Assembly (NCBI GenBank): GCA_012295275.1 | Contig: CM022672.1 | Coordinates: 31,186,001-31,250,000 of the forward strand | Origin: Chrysomallon squamiferum | Taxonomy: Eukaryota > Animalia > Mollusca | DNA length: 64,000 nucleotides | Direction of reading: 5' to 3' | Shown here: positions 44,158 through 56,611 of the stretch, piece by piece | Layout: every line of letters starts with the position of its first letter | Numbering within the stretch: the first letter of the stretch is position 1 | The notes under the pieces: generated by a model | What the model was told of the DNA's origin: nothing | What the model saw: the letters and a program-made list of their open reading frames with translations, nothing else | Database searches by the model: none | Position numbers and translations under genes: made by a program

Positions 44158-47100
44158 AGGAAAGAGAAATATTACCCCAACATCCTGATACTCATATACA
44201 TATGTGTGTATGTGTATAATTATTTATAATCACTGTATTTTACTTTTATTTTCAGAAAACAAACTCAAGCAGAGTTTACAGTATTGACAAAGTTCTGGTT
44301 TCATCTGACAGCAACCAGCTTGTAATAAACTGGAAAGATGGAAAACAGTCACTGTATTAAAAATATATTTTATCTTTTATTTAAAAACAACAACACAGTC
44401 CATAATGAATATTTAATCTTAAAAAAATGATCACTTTATTATAATATGTTTCAACATTTTGAAATAACAACACAATTTATAATTAATTTTTATAAACAGT
44501 TTATTTCATTTCTTTGTTGTTTGTTTAAAAATGTCACAGTTATTACTGGCTATTTTCTTGGTTATTAATCAGTAAAAATATTTTTTTCTTTGATAATTCA
44601 CTTTTTTATAGGGCTATAGAAAACAGCAGTTTTGTTATCATAAAATTATCATAATATCAGCTTTCTTTAATCTTCTCTGATAGAAATGACCAAACTTGAG
44701 TACAGTAGACAGGTATTTGTGTGGCCTTTGCTGAATTAATTTATAAAAATCTCTGTTCACATAGATGTTCAAGATAAAGTTTCTGTTTTCCTGCAGGTAT
44801 CACAGTATCTGGCTGAGACACAACTGTCACTGTGAAGAATGCAAACACAAAGAAAGTGGTCAGAAGCTGTTAAAGGTCGCCTATGTCCCAACAGACATTC
44901 AGCTTTGTAAAGCAACAGTCGAGGGTAACTCAGAGTTTTTAAACTTGTATCTCTGGTAACTACAGACATTCTGCTTTGTAAAGCAAGAGTTGAGGGTAAT
45001 TCAGAGTTTTTAAACTTATATCTGTGATAACTACAGACATTCAGCTTTGTAAAGCAACAGTTGAGGGTAATACAGAGTTTTTAAACTTGTATCTGTATTA
45101 ACTACAGACATTCAGCTTTGTAAAGCAAGAGTTGAGGGTAATTCAGAGTTCTTAAACTTATATCTGTGATAACTACGGACATTCAGCTTTGTAAAGCAAG
45201 AGTCGAGGGTAACTCAGAGTTTTTAAACTTATATCTGTGATATACTAATAACTACAGACATTCAGCTTTGTAAAGCAAGAGTCGAGGGTAACTCAGAGTT
45301 TTTAAACTTGTATCTGTGATATACTAATAACTACAGACATTCAGCTTTGTAAAGCAAGAGTCGAGGGTAACTCAGAGTTTTTAAACTTGTATCTGTGATA
45401 TACTAATTACAGACATTTTTTGTTGTTGTAATTCAGAGTTTTTTAAACTTTATCTGTGATATACTAATAACTACAGACATTCATTTTGTAAAGCAAGAGT
45501 TGAGGGTAATTCAGAGTTCTTAAACTTATATCTGTGATAAACGGACATTCAGCTTTTTCAGAGTTTTTGTTTGTATCTGTGATAACTACAGACATTCAGC
45601 TTTGTAAAGCAAGAGTCGAGGGTAACTCAGAGTTTTTAAACTTGTATCTGTGATATACTAATAACTACAGACATTCAGCTTTGTAAAGCAAGAGTCGAGG
45701 GTAACTCAGAGTTTTTAAACTTGTATCTGTGATATACTAATAACTACAGACATTCAGCTTTGTAAAGTAGCAGTCGAGGGTAACTCAGAGTTTTTAAACT
45801 TGTATCTGTGGTAACTACAGACATTCAGCTTTGTAAAGCAACAGTTGAGGGTAATACAGAGTTTTTAAACTTGTATCTGTGATAACTACAGACATTCAGC
45901 TTTGTAAAGCAACAGTGAGGGTAATTCAGAGTTTTTAAACTTGTATCTGTGATAACTACAGACATTCAGCTTTGTAAAGCAAGAGTTGAGGGTAATTCAG
46001 AGTTTTTAAACTTGTATCTGTGATAACTACAGACATTTGAGAGTAATTCAGAGTTTTTAAACTTGTATCTTGTTAACTACAGACATTCAGCTTTGTAAAG
46101 CAACAGTTGAGGGTAATTCAGAGTTTTTAAACTTGTATCTCTGGTAACTACAGACATTCAGCTTTGTAAAGCAACAGTCGAGGGTAATTCAGAGTTTTTA
46201 AACTTGTATCAGTGATAACTACAGACATTCAGCTTTGTAAAGCAAGAGTTGAGGGTAATTCAGAGTTCTTAAACTTATATCTGTGATAACTACGGACATT
46301 CAGCTTTGTAAAGCAAGAGTTGAGGGTAACTCAGAGTTTTTAAACTTGTATCTGTGATAAATACAGACATTCAGCTTTGTAAAGCAAGAGTCGAGGGTAA
46401 CTCAGAGTTTTTAAACTTGTATCTGTGATATACTAATAACTACAGACATTCAGCTTTGTAAAGCAAGAGTCGAGGGTAACTCAGAGTTTTTAAACTTGTA
46501 TCTGTGATATACTAATAACTACAGACATTCAGCTTTGTAAAGTAGCAGTCGAGGGTAACTCAGAGTTTTTAAACTTGTATCTGTGGTAAGTACAGACATT
46601 CTTTGTAAAGCAACAGTTTTAGTTTTTAAACTTGTATCTGTGATAACTACAGACATTCAGCTTTGTAAAGCAACAGTCGAGGGTAATTCAGAGTTTTTAA
46701 ACTTGTATCTGTGATAACTACAGACATTCAGCTTTGTAAAGCAAGAGTTGAGAGTAATTCAGAGTTTTTAAACTTGTATCTGTGATAACTACAGACATTC
46801 AGCTTTGTAAAGCAAGAGTTGAGAGTAATTCAGAGTTTTTAAACTTGTATCTGTGATAACTACAGACATTCAGCTTTGTAAAGCAAGAGTTGAGGGTAAT
46901 TCAGAGTTTTTAAACTTGTATCTGTGTTAACTACAGACATTCAGCTTTGTAAAGCAACTGTTGAGGGTAATTCAGAGTTTTTAAACTTATATCTGTGATA
47001 AATACAAGAAATACATTTTTTAAAATAATATTTATATTTCTAATCAATATTTATAAACTACTCATTTGAAATTGTATATGTGATATTGCTGACAATACAA

Positions 47101-48310
47101 TTTCTGAGTATTTCAAAACTCCATTATAACTAGTTGTGTGGTTTTATAACACAATATTACTCATTATTATATTTGTAATCCAGCATAACTGATTACGTTA
47201 TTTTCATGATCTAGAATAACTGATTATATTATTTTCATATTATTTTCATAACTCCCAGTGTAACAGATTATGTTGTTATTATTATAATTACCAGGAACCA
47301 GCCTGTGTCTGACATGGGAAGGTTTGGGTGAACATGAAGGAAGAATTCCAGTTTCTTTCCTGTATGACAATGACTATTCCAGTGAAGCTTTGAATCAGAA
47401 ATGGCAGGAGTCAAAAGTTGATGAAAAATGTTGGGCTGATGTAAGTAATGTAGATAACTGTCTTAAACTGAAACATACTGAAACACACTGAAACATGCTG
47501 AAACACACTGAAACACACTGAAACATACTGAAACACACTGAAACACTGAAACATGCTGAAACACACTGAAACATACTGAAACATTATTTTATTGTCTTAT
47601 TTTGTTCTGCTGTGCTTATAACAAAAAACAAAAAAAGTAGAGTAAAAAATAAAAATAAAGGTTTAACAACAAAAGCAAAACAAAACAGTCCCCCATCAAA
47701 ACAACAGTATTTATTTTGACTGAAAAAGCTGTACAGTTCTGATGCACTGCTAATGAACCTTTATTTATTTTTATTTTGTTATTTACATTTTGAATTATTT
47801 AACTGCAGGGAAATCAGACAGTATTGTATCTGCATTTTGCCTGCAACTGAAAATTGGTATGAGAGAGTAAACTGTACATTATTATTTTATTATGTGTGTT
47901 TTTTTCTACTGTGAATACTATCAAAAAAACAACAAAAAAAAACAACTCCAAAACAATAACAACAACAAAAGCAAAACAAAACACACCCTCCTCTCAAAAC
48001 AACACTATTTATTTTGAACTGTTAAAACTGTTTAGTTCTGTTGAACTGCTAATGAACCATTTATTATTATTATTATTATTATTTTATTATTTACATTTTA
48101 AATTATTTTACAGCAGGAAAACAACACATATCATATCTGCTGCTTATTGTTCTCTAGACAGCACTCTTCTGTTAAATACTATATTGTTCTAAACTTTAAT
48201 AATAATAAATTTCATGAATTCATTTTTTTTTTTTTTTAAATTTTTAGGAGATACCAGAAATGGAATGTGAGGAAGTTATCAATTCTGACAAGTCATTATT
48301 AAAGTAATTA

Positions 48311-48349
<39 letters not shown>

Positions 48350-51300
48350 ATACTTAAATAACTATTTAATAAAAGTTTTTTTTTAATTTTTTTATTTTTT
48401 ATTATTTGTTTGATAGGTTTCATTCATTCCTTTTTTTATTAATTATTTATTCATTAATTAATTCATTTATTATTATTGTTGTTGCCATGAGATAGTTTTT
48501 GGTATAAAGATTTGTCTGAGACAGAAAAGTTTGCCTCCTTATCATTCACTGGCTGATAAACCTCATAGCACTTACTAATATTTTGTCTTTCAAACTGCCA
48601 GTCATGTAAAACCAAAACCTGATAAAGATATGCAACAAACAGGTGATTTAATAAATTTGTATTAGTAAATAATAAAATTATTTTAAATTCATGTGTTTAT
48701 TCAAAACTTTAGTGAAAATGTAGTTCTGTTCACAGTAACTGCTATACAGTTGGTTCTGTTTCTGTTGAAGTAACTGGATTTCTTTGAAATATCAGATTTT
48801 GAAAGATAAACAAAGTTTTATTTTTGAATCTAACAGAAAAATGATTCTTTGAAAGATATGTATTTTAAATATATATTTATATTTTATTTAGATAGGCATT
48901 AGTCTATAGACACAGAAAGTATAACTTGTTTTGATATACATATAAGCATACAAATATATATATTGTTTTTCTCTGCAGATTTCTGACAACAATCAACGTT
49001 TATGGTTTGTGTTTGTTAACAAACTCATCAACAGAAGAAAACAAAGCAGTTCAGGTGAGAATTAGAGATTTGCAGAAAGGTGTATCTACTCAAACTTCTC
49101 ACTTTACAACATACCTGTTTAACACCTACATAGACTTATGACCAGTTGGTATTGTAAACTTTCTTCATGCAAGAAAACTGATATGCTTTAGTACTAAATT
49201 CTCTGATCAGAAGCAGTGAATGTGTTTTATATTAATTTATCACAAATATTAGTTGATCAGGTCATTTCCTATGTCATTCAGTTGATAAATTTCGATATTT
49301 TGAAACTCATGATCAGAATATGGAATTTTTATGTCAGTAAATATCAGTGAAATCTGCTTTGTAAAATACATAATGTGTACTTCCAAGATTTGTATGTTTG
49401 TATTTTTTATTTATTTTCAGTGGTGTGTGTGTGTGTGTTTCTAAAGCTTTAAGATGTGCTATTTTTATACGTAGGATTATCTTTGTTAATTTGTAACTTC
49501 ATTTTCAAGAAGGAGGATATGATGATAATTTTAATAAAATAAAGAAGCATAGGCATATTCCATGAGATTGATGGTTGGAAATAAATGAAATTGGAAAAAT
49601 ATTAAATGTGTTTTTGCCATTTATACTTACTTGCATACATAAGTGACAGATGCAAATATATATATGTGTGTGTGTTTTGATTCACATTTAATATCTAAAT
49701 CTGACAAAAAGAGTTGTTTCCCTTTAAGGTTGCTGAGAGAATTTGGCCAAAAGTACAGAATACAATGTATGGAGATGTAAGTAAAATTATCAGTAATATA
49801 TTGTGTGTTTATAAACTTTATTGTGTTATTTAAGTCTTGTTTGTGGTGACTCAGTCTTATAAGAAATTATTTCTGTTTACCAGAGACAGCTGTCAATCAT
49901 TTCTAAACAAACAGTCACTCAGTTTCATTCAGTTCTGTTCATTTTCGTTTTGTTTAATTTAATTTTCAAAACACATTTTTTGTTTTATTATTGATGTGTT
50001 GAGCTTTTAATTTTATACTGCCACATTCCTGTCTATAATGGAATGCTGTTAAAAGAAATTATTATTATTATATTTATTTTTTGTTATTTTACAAATTTTA
50101 TAATGAACAGTAACACTGATATTAATACTAATAAAGAAATTTTTAGTAGTAATTGTAGTAATAGTAATAGTAGTAAAAGTAGTAGCAGTAGTAATAGAAG
50201 TAGTAGATGTAGTAATAGTAGTAGTAGTAATATTAATACTAGTAGTAGTAGTGGTAGTAGAAAGTAGTAGTAGTAGTAGTAAATAATAATTTTGACAATG
50301 ATATCTTTGTAAGATCAGGATAAGTGGAGTGTTAGGACAGTAATAGTGACATGTTTATAATGATGAAAATATAATAATATTAATGATAAAGATGATGGTA
50401 ATAGTAACAGAAATTATAAATGATAATAATGATAAATTAGTAAAGATAATAATGATAATACAAGAAGTAAGTACTAGTAGTAGTAGTGATGTATAGTATA
50501 AAGTAAATAAAATAAAATGAAATTGTAAATGATAATATTAATGATAAAGATGATGGTAATAGTAGTAATCAAAATTAACAAATGATAATGAGTAGAAACA
50601 ATAGTTTAGTAGTAGTGACATCTGAGTATAGGGCACTAGTTAATGTTTGTTTTTCAGTGTTTATGTAACAATCTGAAGTAGTAGTGTTGCCTAGTAGTAG
50701 TAGTAGTATGGATAAATGTTGATAATAATAACAGTATTAGTAAGAGCAGGAATAAACTTTGACTACATGGCAGTAAATGTTGACATGATTTTGAAGTCAA
50801 GTTCATTTTAAATAAATTTTTAATGGACAATAACAGTATCAGTAGAATGTTGGGACACTAATACTTACATGTTTGTTTTTCAGGTGTTTGATTTGAATAT
50901 ATACATCTGATGCTATCAATGTGGCCTCAAATTCTAGTTCTGAAAGGATTGGTCTACCACATGGATAATTTGTCTATTAATTACTGTTCCACCTGGTCTG
51001 AAAAAGTTGTTACATTGTTATTTTAGGGTATGTGTATTTGGCATGTTACAAAAACTTTGATGTTCAGTTTGAGAAAGATAGAAAGAACAACAAAGTATAA
51101 TGATTAATCAGGATTAAGGGCATGAAGTCAAGTTCATTTTTCATAATATTGTAATAATGGTATCAATATTTATAATATTTAAAGGTTTTGTTAGATAAAA
51201 ATTAATGATTAGTAATAAAATCTCTCTCTCTCTCTCTCTCTGGTTGTTGTTGTTGTTGTTATTACTATTATAATTATTATTATTATTATTATTATTATTA

Positions 51301-53608
51301 GACATCTTTGTTGTGTTGATGTTTTCTGTGTGGTAGAATGGTGATAATCTTGTTAAAATTTTTTATTTAAGATTTGACGACTGTGTCACTGGAGGAGAAA
51401 ACAAATTTCTGGACATGTTCAGAGTGGCTGAAGAGTTTCGCAAAACACACCCCAAGTCATTTGAGACACTGGTTCAAATCCCGGCAACCTTCCAAAAGAT
51501 ACATTATGACAGGCAGGTTTTGTTTAGTCAAATCATTTTTAAAAATCTGTTACAAAAAGTGAGTAACTAAACAATTCAAAAAGACCAGAATACAGTATTT
51601 GGTATGAATTAGATAAAACTGTTATTTTCATTTCTGTTTATGAGATGGCACACAAACAAGATATGTTATTGCTTATTTGTAAGAATGCATTTTACTATGG
51701 AAAAACTTAACAATTTGCTCTCTTTTACTGCTGTTGTACACTGATTAATTTTGGTAAATTGTTGTGTGTCAGTTTTTATTCATTGGTTGTTCTATAAGAG
51801 TTATTCATTCATACCTTATTATTCATACTATTGTGTTGTATAAGTAACATATTCATGCTTTATTATTCATCTTTGATTGTATATGAGTTTTCTTTTGTAC
51901 TTTATTGTTATATAAGTGTTTTCATTCACATTTATTGTTATATAAGTTATTTATTCTTACTTTATTGTTATATAAGAGTTTTCTACATACTTCAGTGTTA
52001 TTAATTATTTATATGTTATTGTTTTTTCATTCCTACTTTATTGTTATGAAAGTGTTTTCATTCATATTTTATTACTGCAGAGAGTTACCAGTGGAGTTGG
52101 TTCGTGAGCAGTCACACATTGTATTAAACCGGACACAGGAGGTAACTCACTATTTTAATCTACAGTAAAAAAATAAAATACACACAAAACTCTCTGAGTC
52201 TTAATCCACAAATAATGAACTAGACAGAAACGTCTGTTTCTCATTAAATTCACTTAGTAATGGACTGTGCCTCATCTAGCTGAGAAACTGTTTGTTAAAA
52301 TCCATGGTTTGTTAAAATACTACTGTAGCATGAAGCTCTTATTCTGTTTACACAAGTTAACTATGCGAAGTTTAATACACTTTTACTTTTTAATTCACAC
52401 AGTAATGAACTGTATCGTCTGTCTGTAAAGCTCTGTCTTTGTTTCAGTAAACACTCAACAACAGACAGCATAAAATAATGATCTATAGGTAAAGTTCTGG
52501 TTCTGTTTTAAATGCACCTAATATTGGACTATAACTAGTTTAACTATAAAGCTTTCATTTTGTTTTAATCCATCCAATATTGGACTATAACATAGTCTAA
52601 CTATAAAGCTCTGGTTCTGTTTTAAATGCACCCAATATTGGACTATGCCTAGTCTAACAACAAAGTTTTGGTTTTGGTTTAATCCACCCAATATTGGACT
52701 ATACCTAGTCTAACAATAAAGTTTTGTTATGTTTTAATTAAATTTTTATTGAAATATACCTATTTTAACTATAAAGCTCTTGATTTGTTTTAATCTGCCA
52801 ATTAATGGACTTTGCCTAGTTTAATTATAAAGCCTTCGTTTTGTTTTAATCCACCCATACTGGACTATACCTAGTCTAACAATAAAGTTTTGGTTTTGTT
52901 TTAAATAACCCAATATTGAAATATACCTATATTAATTTTAAACCTCTAGTTTTGTTTTAATCTGCCAATTAATGGACTATAACCTAGTCTAACTATAAAG
53001 CGCTGGTTCTGTTTTAATCCAAACAACAATAAAGGACTATTCCAAGTTTTGATATTGAAAAATATTTTGTATTTAGAAGTTTGCAACTTCTTATTAATGC
53101 TCAGAAACGTGTTTTTTTTGTGATTACGTCTTCTAAATTTAATTTCAGGTGGTCCAGATAAACTGGGCTCCAGCTTTTGAGGCACCTCTGGCAGTTGGAA
53201 TGGTATGAAATAAACATCACTAGCTGAAGTACAGTATAGAAATTGTACCAACTCATTTACAGGATTTTACTAAATTAAATAAATAAACTTAATAAATTAC
53301 AAATAATCAAAAAACAAACTGATGCTATATCTGAGTGATGAAAGCTACTTAATAAATAAGGACCGAATAGCTACGTTCAAATCAAAGCTCTTTTAATAAA
53401 AAAAAAAATAATCTGTGAAAAAATAGGTATTGGTTGATATCACATTTGGAAGAATGATTAATATAGTATTAATTAAAGCTTTGTGTATATTACTTCCATA
53501 TTGTTTTTAACTATCATGACTTTATCTTGTAGAATGAAGTGGAAAAATATTACAAGGCGTATACAGAGTTTGCTAAAACAATTGAGGACTCTCCTTTCTC
53601 TGTAAGTG

Positions 53609-53654
<46 letters not shown>

Positions 53655-54741
53655 ACAAATCGACACAACTTAAAGCATGTTACTGACAAAGCTGTTTTGA
53701 CTAACTAGTCAAAATACACTTTCTACCTCTAAGTAAATGAAATAATTTCAGATAGGGGAATTTTTTTCAAAAATTAATAAATTTCTGGAAATTTTGATGG
53801 TTTTTGTGAATGATTTGAATATACAGTTTTGAGGGAGGGGTGAAGGTTTTCTTTTCAAGTTGAAGCTGGTTTGCTTGGTTCATGGTTTATGTCATTTACT
53901 ATAGAAAATAGAATCATCTACAAACACTGAGGATAAATCTCAAAGCTTTGATTCAGTAATATAGTTAAATGTAGTCATTTCTCCTTTTTTTTTCTCTCTC
54001 TCCTGTTAAATAATTAAATAATTAAAAAAAAAAAAAAAAAAAATCCTCAAGTTATTTCGATGAGTATTTATAGTGTATAAAAATGTTTTTAATATTTTCA
54101 TGGAAAGGCACCAACATATATACAGGGTGTCCCAGAAGTCGCGCACCATATACATGTATATAATATTTTATTTTTTTTATATTATGGTGCGTGACTTCTG
54201 GGACGCCCTATATATATACAACAAAATAAATGGTTAATATTTGATAGGTTTTTGTATTTCAGCTGAAGAAGAGATTAAAAGTTGGTGAGATAATTGTGTT
54301 TAACAACAGAAGAATGGTTCATCTTCGAAACAAGTTTGAACTAAACGGAGGAGATCGTTTTCTAAAGGTTATTGAAGTTCATTTTTCAAATATCTCTTAA
54401 TTTTTCATTATTCATCCTGGTGTTCATGTTTTAAAATTCATCTGACATTCATTTTAAAATTTATCTGAAGTTCATTTTTCAAATTAATAACTTCATTTTT
54501 AACAAAATACATCTGCAGTTATTTCTGAAAAAGGCATTTATCTTTGTTTTCTTACATTCAGAACACTTTCATTTTGTATTATTATTTTTTATATTTTATT
54601 ATTATAATTATTATTATTATTATTATTATTATTCTACAGGGAACCTACGTGAACATTGACCACTACAAAATTCGGTTACAGACTTTAAGTCGACTGATTG
54701 GAGATGGCAGACTTGTAAAACGTGTTGGTAACGGAGTGTAA
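42337..54741 (+). CDS. BBOX1: Gamma-butyrobetaine dioxygenase-like gene, copy B (inverted paralog); exon 9 frameshifted as assembled (assembly error or pseudogene)
   Basis: Exons 42337-42475, 42827-42909, 44256-44353, 44797-44924, 47295-47440, 48248-48303, 48979-49054, 49729-49776, [50884-~51027 disrupted], 51372-51512 (GC donor), 52081-52141, 53149-53202, 53533-53601, 54263-54367, 54640-54741. Phases match copy A, and lengths match for exons 3-8 and 10-15. WLRHNCHCEEC, HMD remnant at 50958-50966, VFNNRRMVHLR, identical C-terminal GTYVNIDHYK...GNGV*. Confidence 0.8.
44891..47005 (+). repeat. 71/78-bp tandem array (~29 units) made of the 3' end of exon 4 plus its splice donor
   Basis: Unit acagacattcagctttgtaaagcaagagttgagg-gtaattcagagtttttaaacttgtatctgtgataact. 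The first unit overlaps the coding exon; the 78-bp variants carry an atactaa insertion. Confidence 0.95.
47660..48120. repeat. Local direct duplication (~150 bp, copies starting ~47666 and ~47962)
   Basis: aacaacaaaagcaaaacaaaaca...caaaacaaca...tttattttga...ctgctaatgaacc...tttacatttt occurs twice. Confidence 0.75.
52490..53045. repeat. ~56-bp intronic minisatellite in copy B
   Basis: Repeated aatattggactatacctagtctaactataaagc...tgttttaatc units; only a decayed trace remains in copy A (~25340-25570). Confidence 0.85.
54123..54210. mobile_element. Tiny Tc1/mariner-type MITE in an intron of copy B
   Basis: 28-bp TIRs cagggtgtcccagaagtcgcgcaccata / tatggtgcgtgacttctgggacgcccta flanked by TA; not seen in the matching intron of copy A. 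Confidence 0.8.
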
Positions 54742-55541
54742 ACTTGCTGATAGTTTCAAATCTGCATTTTCATGTCATGACGTCATAATGACATCATCCC
54801 TCCCCACCAAATAACAGTAATTAAAAACTGTGATTACGTGCCAAGAACAGATATGTTGTTCAGTCTTTTGAAAACTAACTGTCTCTATTGTAATTGTTAT
54901 TACTGTAATTAAAAATCATTTTCTTGCAGTTAATGAAAACTGGGTGTTATTATTTCAGGTGCTGTTGCTATCATTAAATTTCTTTTGTTTCTGTGATTTA
55001 CATGGATAGTTTAAACCAGATTTGATTTTCCATACTAATATATAACATCCTGACAACAGCCAAAAAGAACAGCTTTTCCATACAAAATGTAGTTTTCCTA
55101 TTGTTTAAATGCATAGTTTTAATGAATTTAATTTTTCTTCCTGGATAACATCTTTACAATATGAAACCTCTCCCCTAATTTTTCCAACTAAAATCTGCAG
55201 TTAGTTTGGATAATATTGTTTACATGGATAGTTTCTCAAATTTAATTTTTCAAACAGTGTTTTGGTACATCTGTTTTTCTGTGTAATCTGCGACAGATTT
55301 ATCACCATGGATACGTATTTTACCAAGACGAGCATTCTTTATATTTGGGGGTAATCTAAACACGAAGTATAAGAATAGATTTTTAGGAACTCGTTAACAC
55401 TGATGGCCAAAAATGATCCCACATTGTTGTATATTGTATGACTACCGGCAATAAATAAATGATAGAAAGGCTTATAATTATTTATACATTTTATTTCATC
55501 CAGATAACTTGATCACTTAAGTTTCAGTAGATAGCCTACAG

Positions 55542-55856
55542 CATAGATTTTCAACCTGGGGGGTCGCGGATCCCCCAGAGGGGTTGCCAGACTTTTTTTT
55601 CTGTGGGTCGCGAGATCATTCTTGAGCGAGGGTATGTTTTAGCTTTTTTCAACTTGACTTGGAAGGAGGAATAAATAAAAACGTGTAGATAGGTTTGGGA
55701 CCCGTCAGAGTGAATATAGATTCCTTCTGTACTGTTTTTGGTTGATGAAAATACGGTATTCCTACATATTATTGAATCAAATTTTTTTAAAGGGGACATC
55801 GTTCATACTGAGTTGCTCATAATGGGTTGAGGTACGAAAAAGGTTGAAAACCAGCG
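55542..55856. mobile_element. hAT-family MITE with 8-bp TSD
   Basis: TIR core ttttcaacct / aggttgaaaa; flanking gcctacag (55534-41) and gcctacat (55857-64); subterminal ggggtcgcg motifs typical of hAT/Charlie-like elements. Confidence 0.75.
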
Positions 55857-55899
55857 GCCTACATCATCTAAGAACTGAAGGGGCGTCTTGACTCTCTGC

Positions 55900-56500
55900 T
55901 GCAACTGATGCAGATTGTTGTTGGTGCGTGGCCCACTGGTCTCATGTGGTTCCAGAGCGGTAGGGAGAAACGAACTTCATCATCAATCCGGTTGACGACC
56001 ATGTAGTAGTCACTGAACTCTTGGACAGGAGGAACATTTGGTGTCGAGTTCGTGGTTTCAATCCATGCGTCCTGAATTTTGTCTTGTTATAGTAGTAGAG
56101 CTAGTCAGGCAACCCTGCGGATCCACTGTCAAAACATGTCTCCTTCAAAGTCCTTCTCCTGTTTAAAAGCAACATCTTCATATAACTGAGTAACCGTGAA
56201 CACATGCTGCCCACAGCTAGGACTAAGTTGATCATTCTCCACACAGGGGTGCCCAGCTTACTTACTGCTTGGCTGCTTTCCAAATTGTATGACTATTGAC
56301 AATATAACTTTTGTGAGGATTCCACTTTGATGAATACAGGTGACGCAATCTTTTGGAGAGAGGTCAGACAGCCATCCATTGTTTTGGAGGAGGGCCAAGA
56401 TATCAAACGTAATCTCTCTCTCTCTCTCTCTCTCTTCAATATTGACGATCAAAAAGGAGTGCTAGAAAGCAAGGCTACTTTGGTCTGGAGGTTTAAACAA
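55900..56500 (-). pseudogene. Decayed Mutator-like (MULE) transposase fragment
   Basis: Minus-strand translation with stops and frameshifts: VWRMI..., QWIRRVA*LALLL*QDKIQDAWIET...VQEFSDYY...RFSLPLWNH/ETSGPRTNNNL. This matches the MULE W-N-H...R-T-N-N motif preceding the catalytic Glu. Confidence 0.7.
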
Positions 56501-56539
56501 AAAACAACGAAGTTAATGTAACAACTGATGTCCAAGTGT

Positions 56540-56611
56540 TCAGCTGGCGGGCTGGACTAATATCACTCGCGGGTTGGGTGTGGCTCGCGGACTAAGAGTT
56601 GCCGACCCCTG
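56540..56611. mobile_element. hAT/Charlie-like terminal remnant
   Basis: cgcgggttgggtgtggctcgcggactaagagttgccgacccctg resembles hAT MITE right ends. Confidence 0.45.

Noticed and set aside
44891-47005. Regular repeat array superficially like CRISPR
   Set aside because: No unique spacers, eukaryotic intron context, no cas genes; the unit derives from the host exon/donor.
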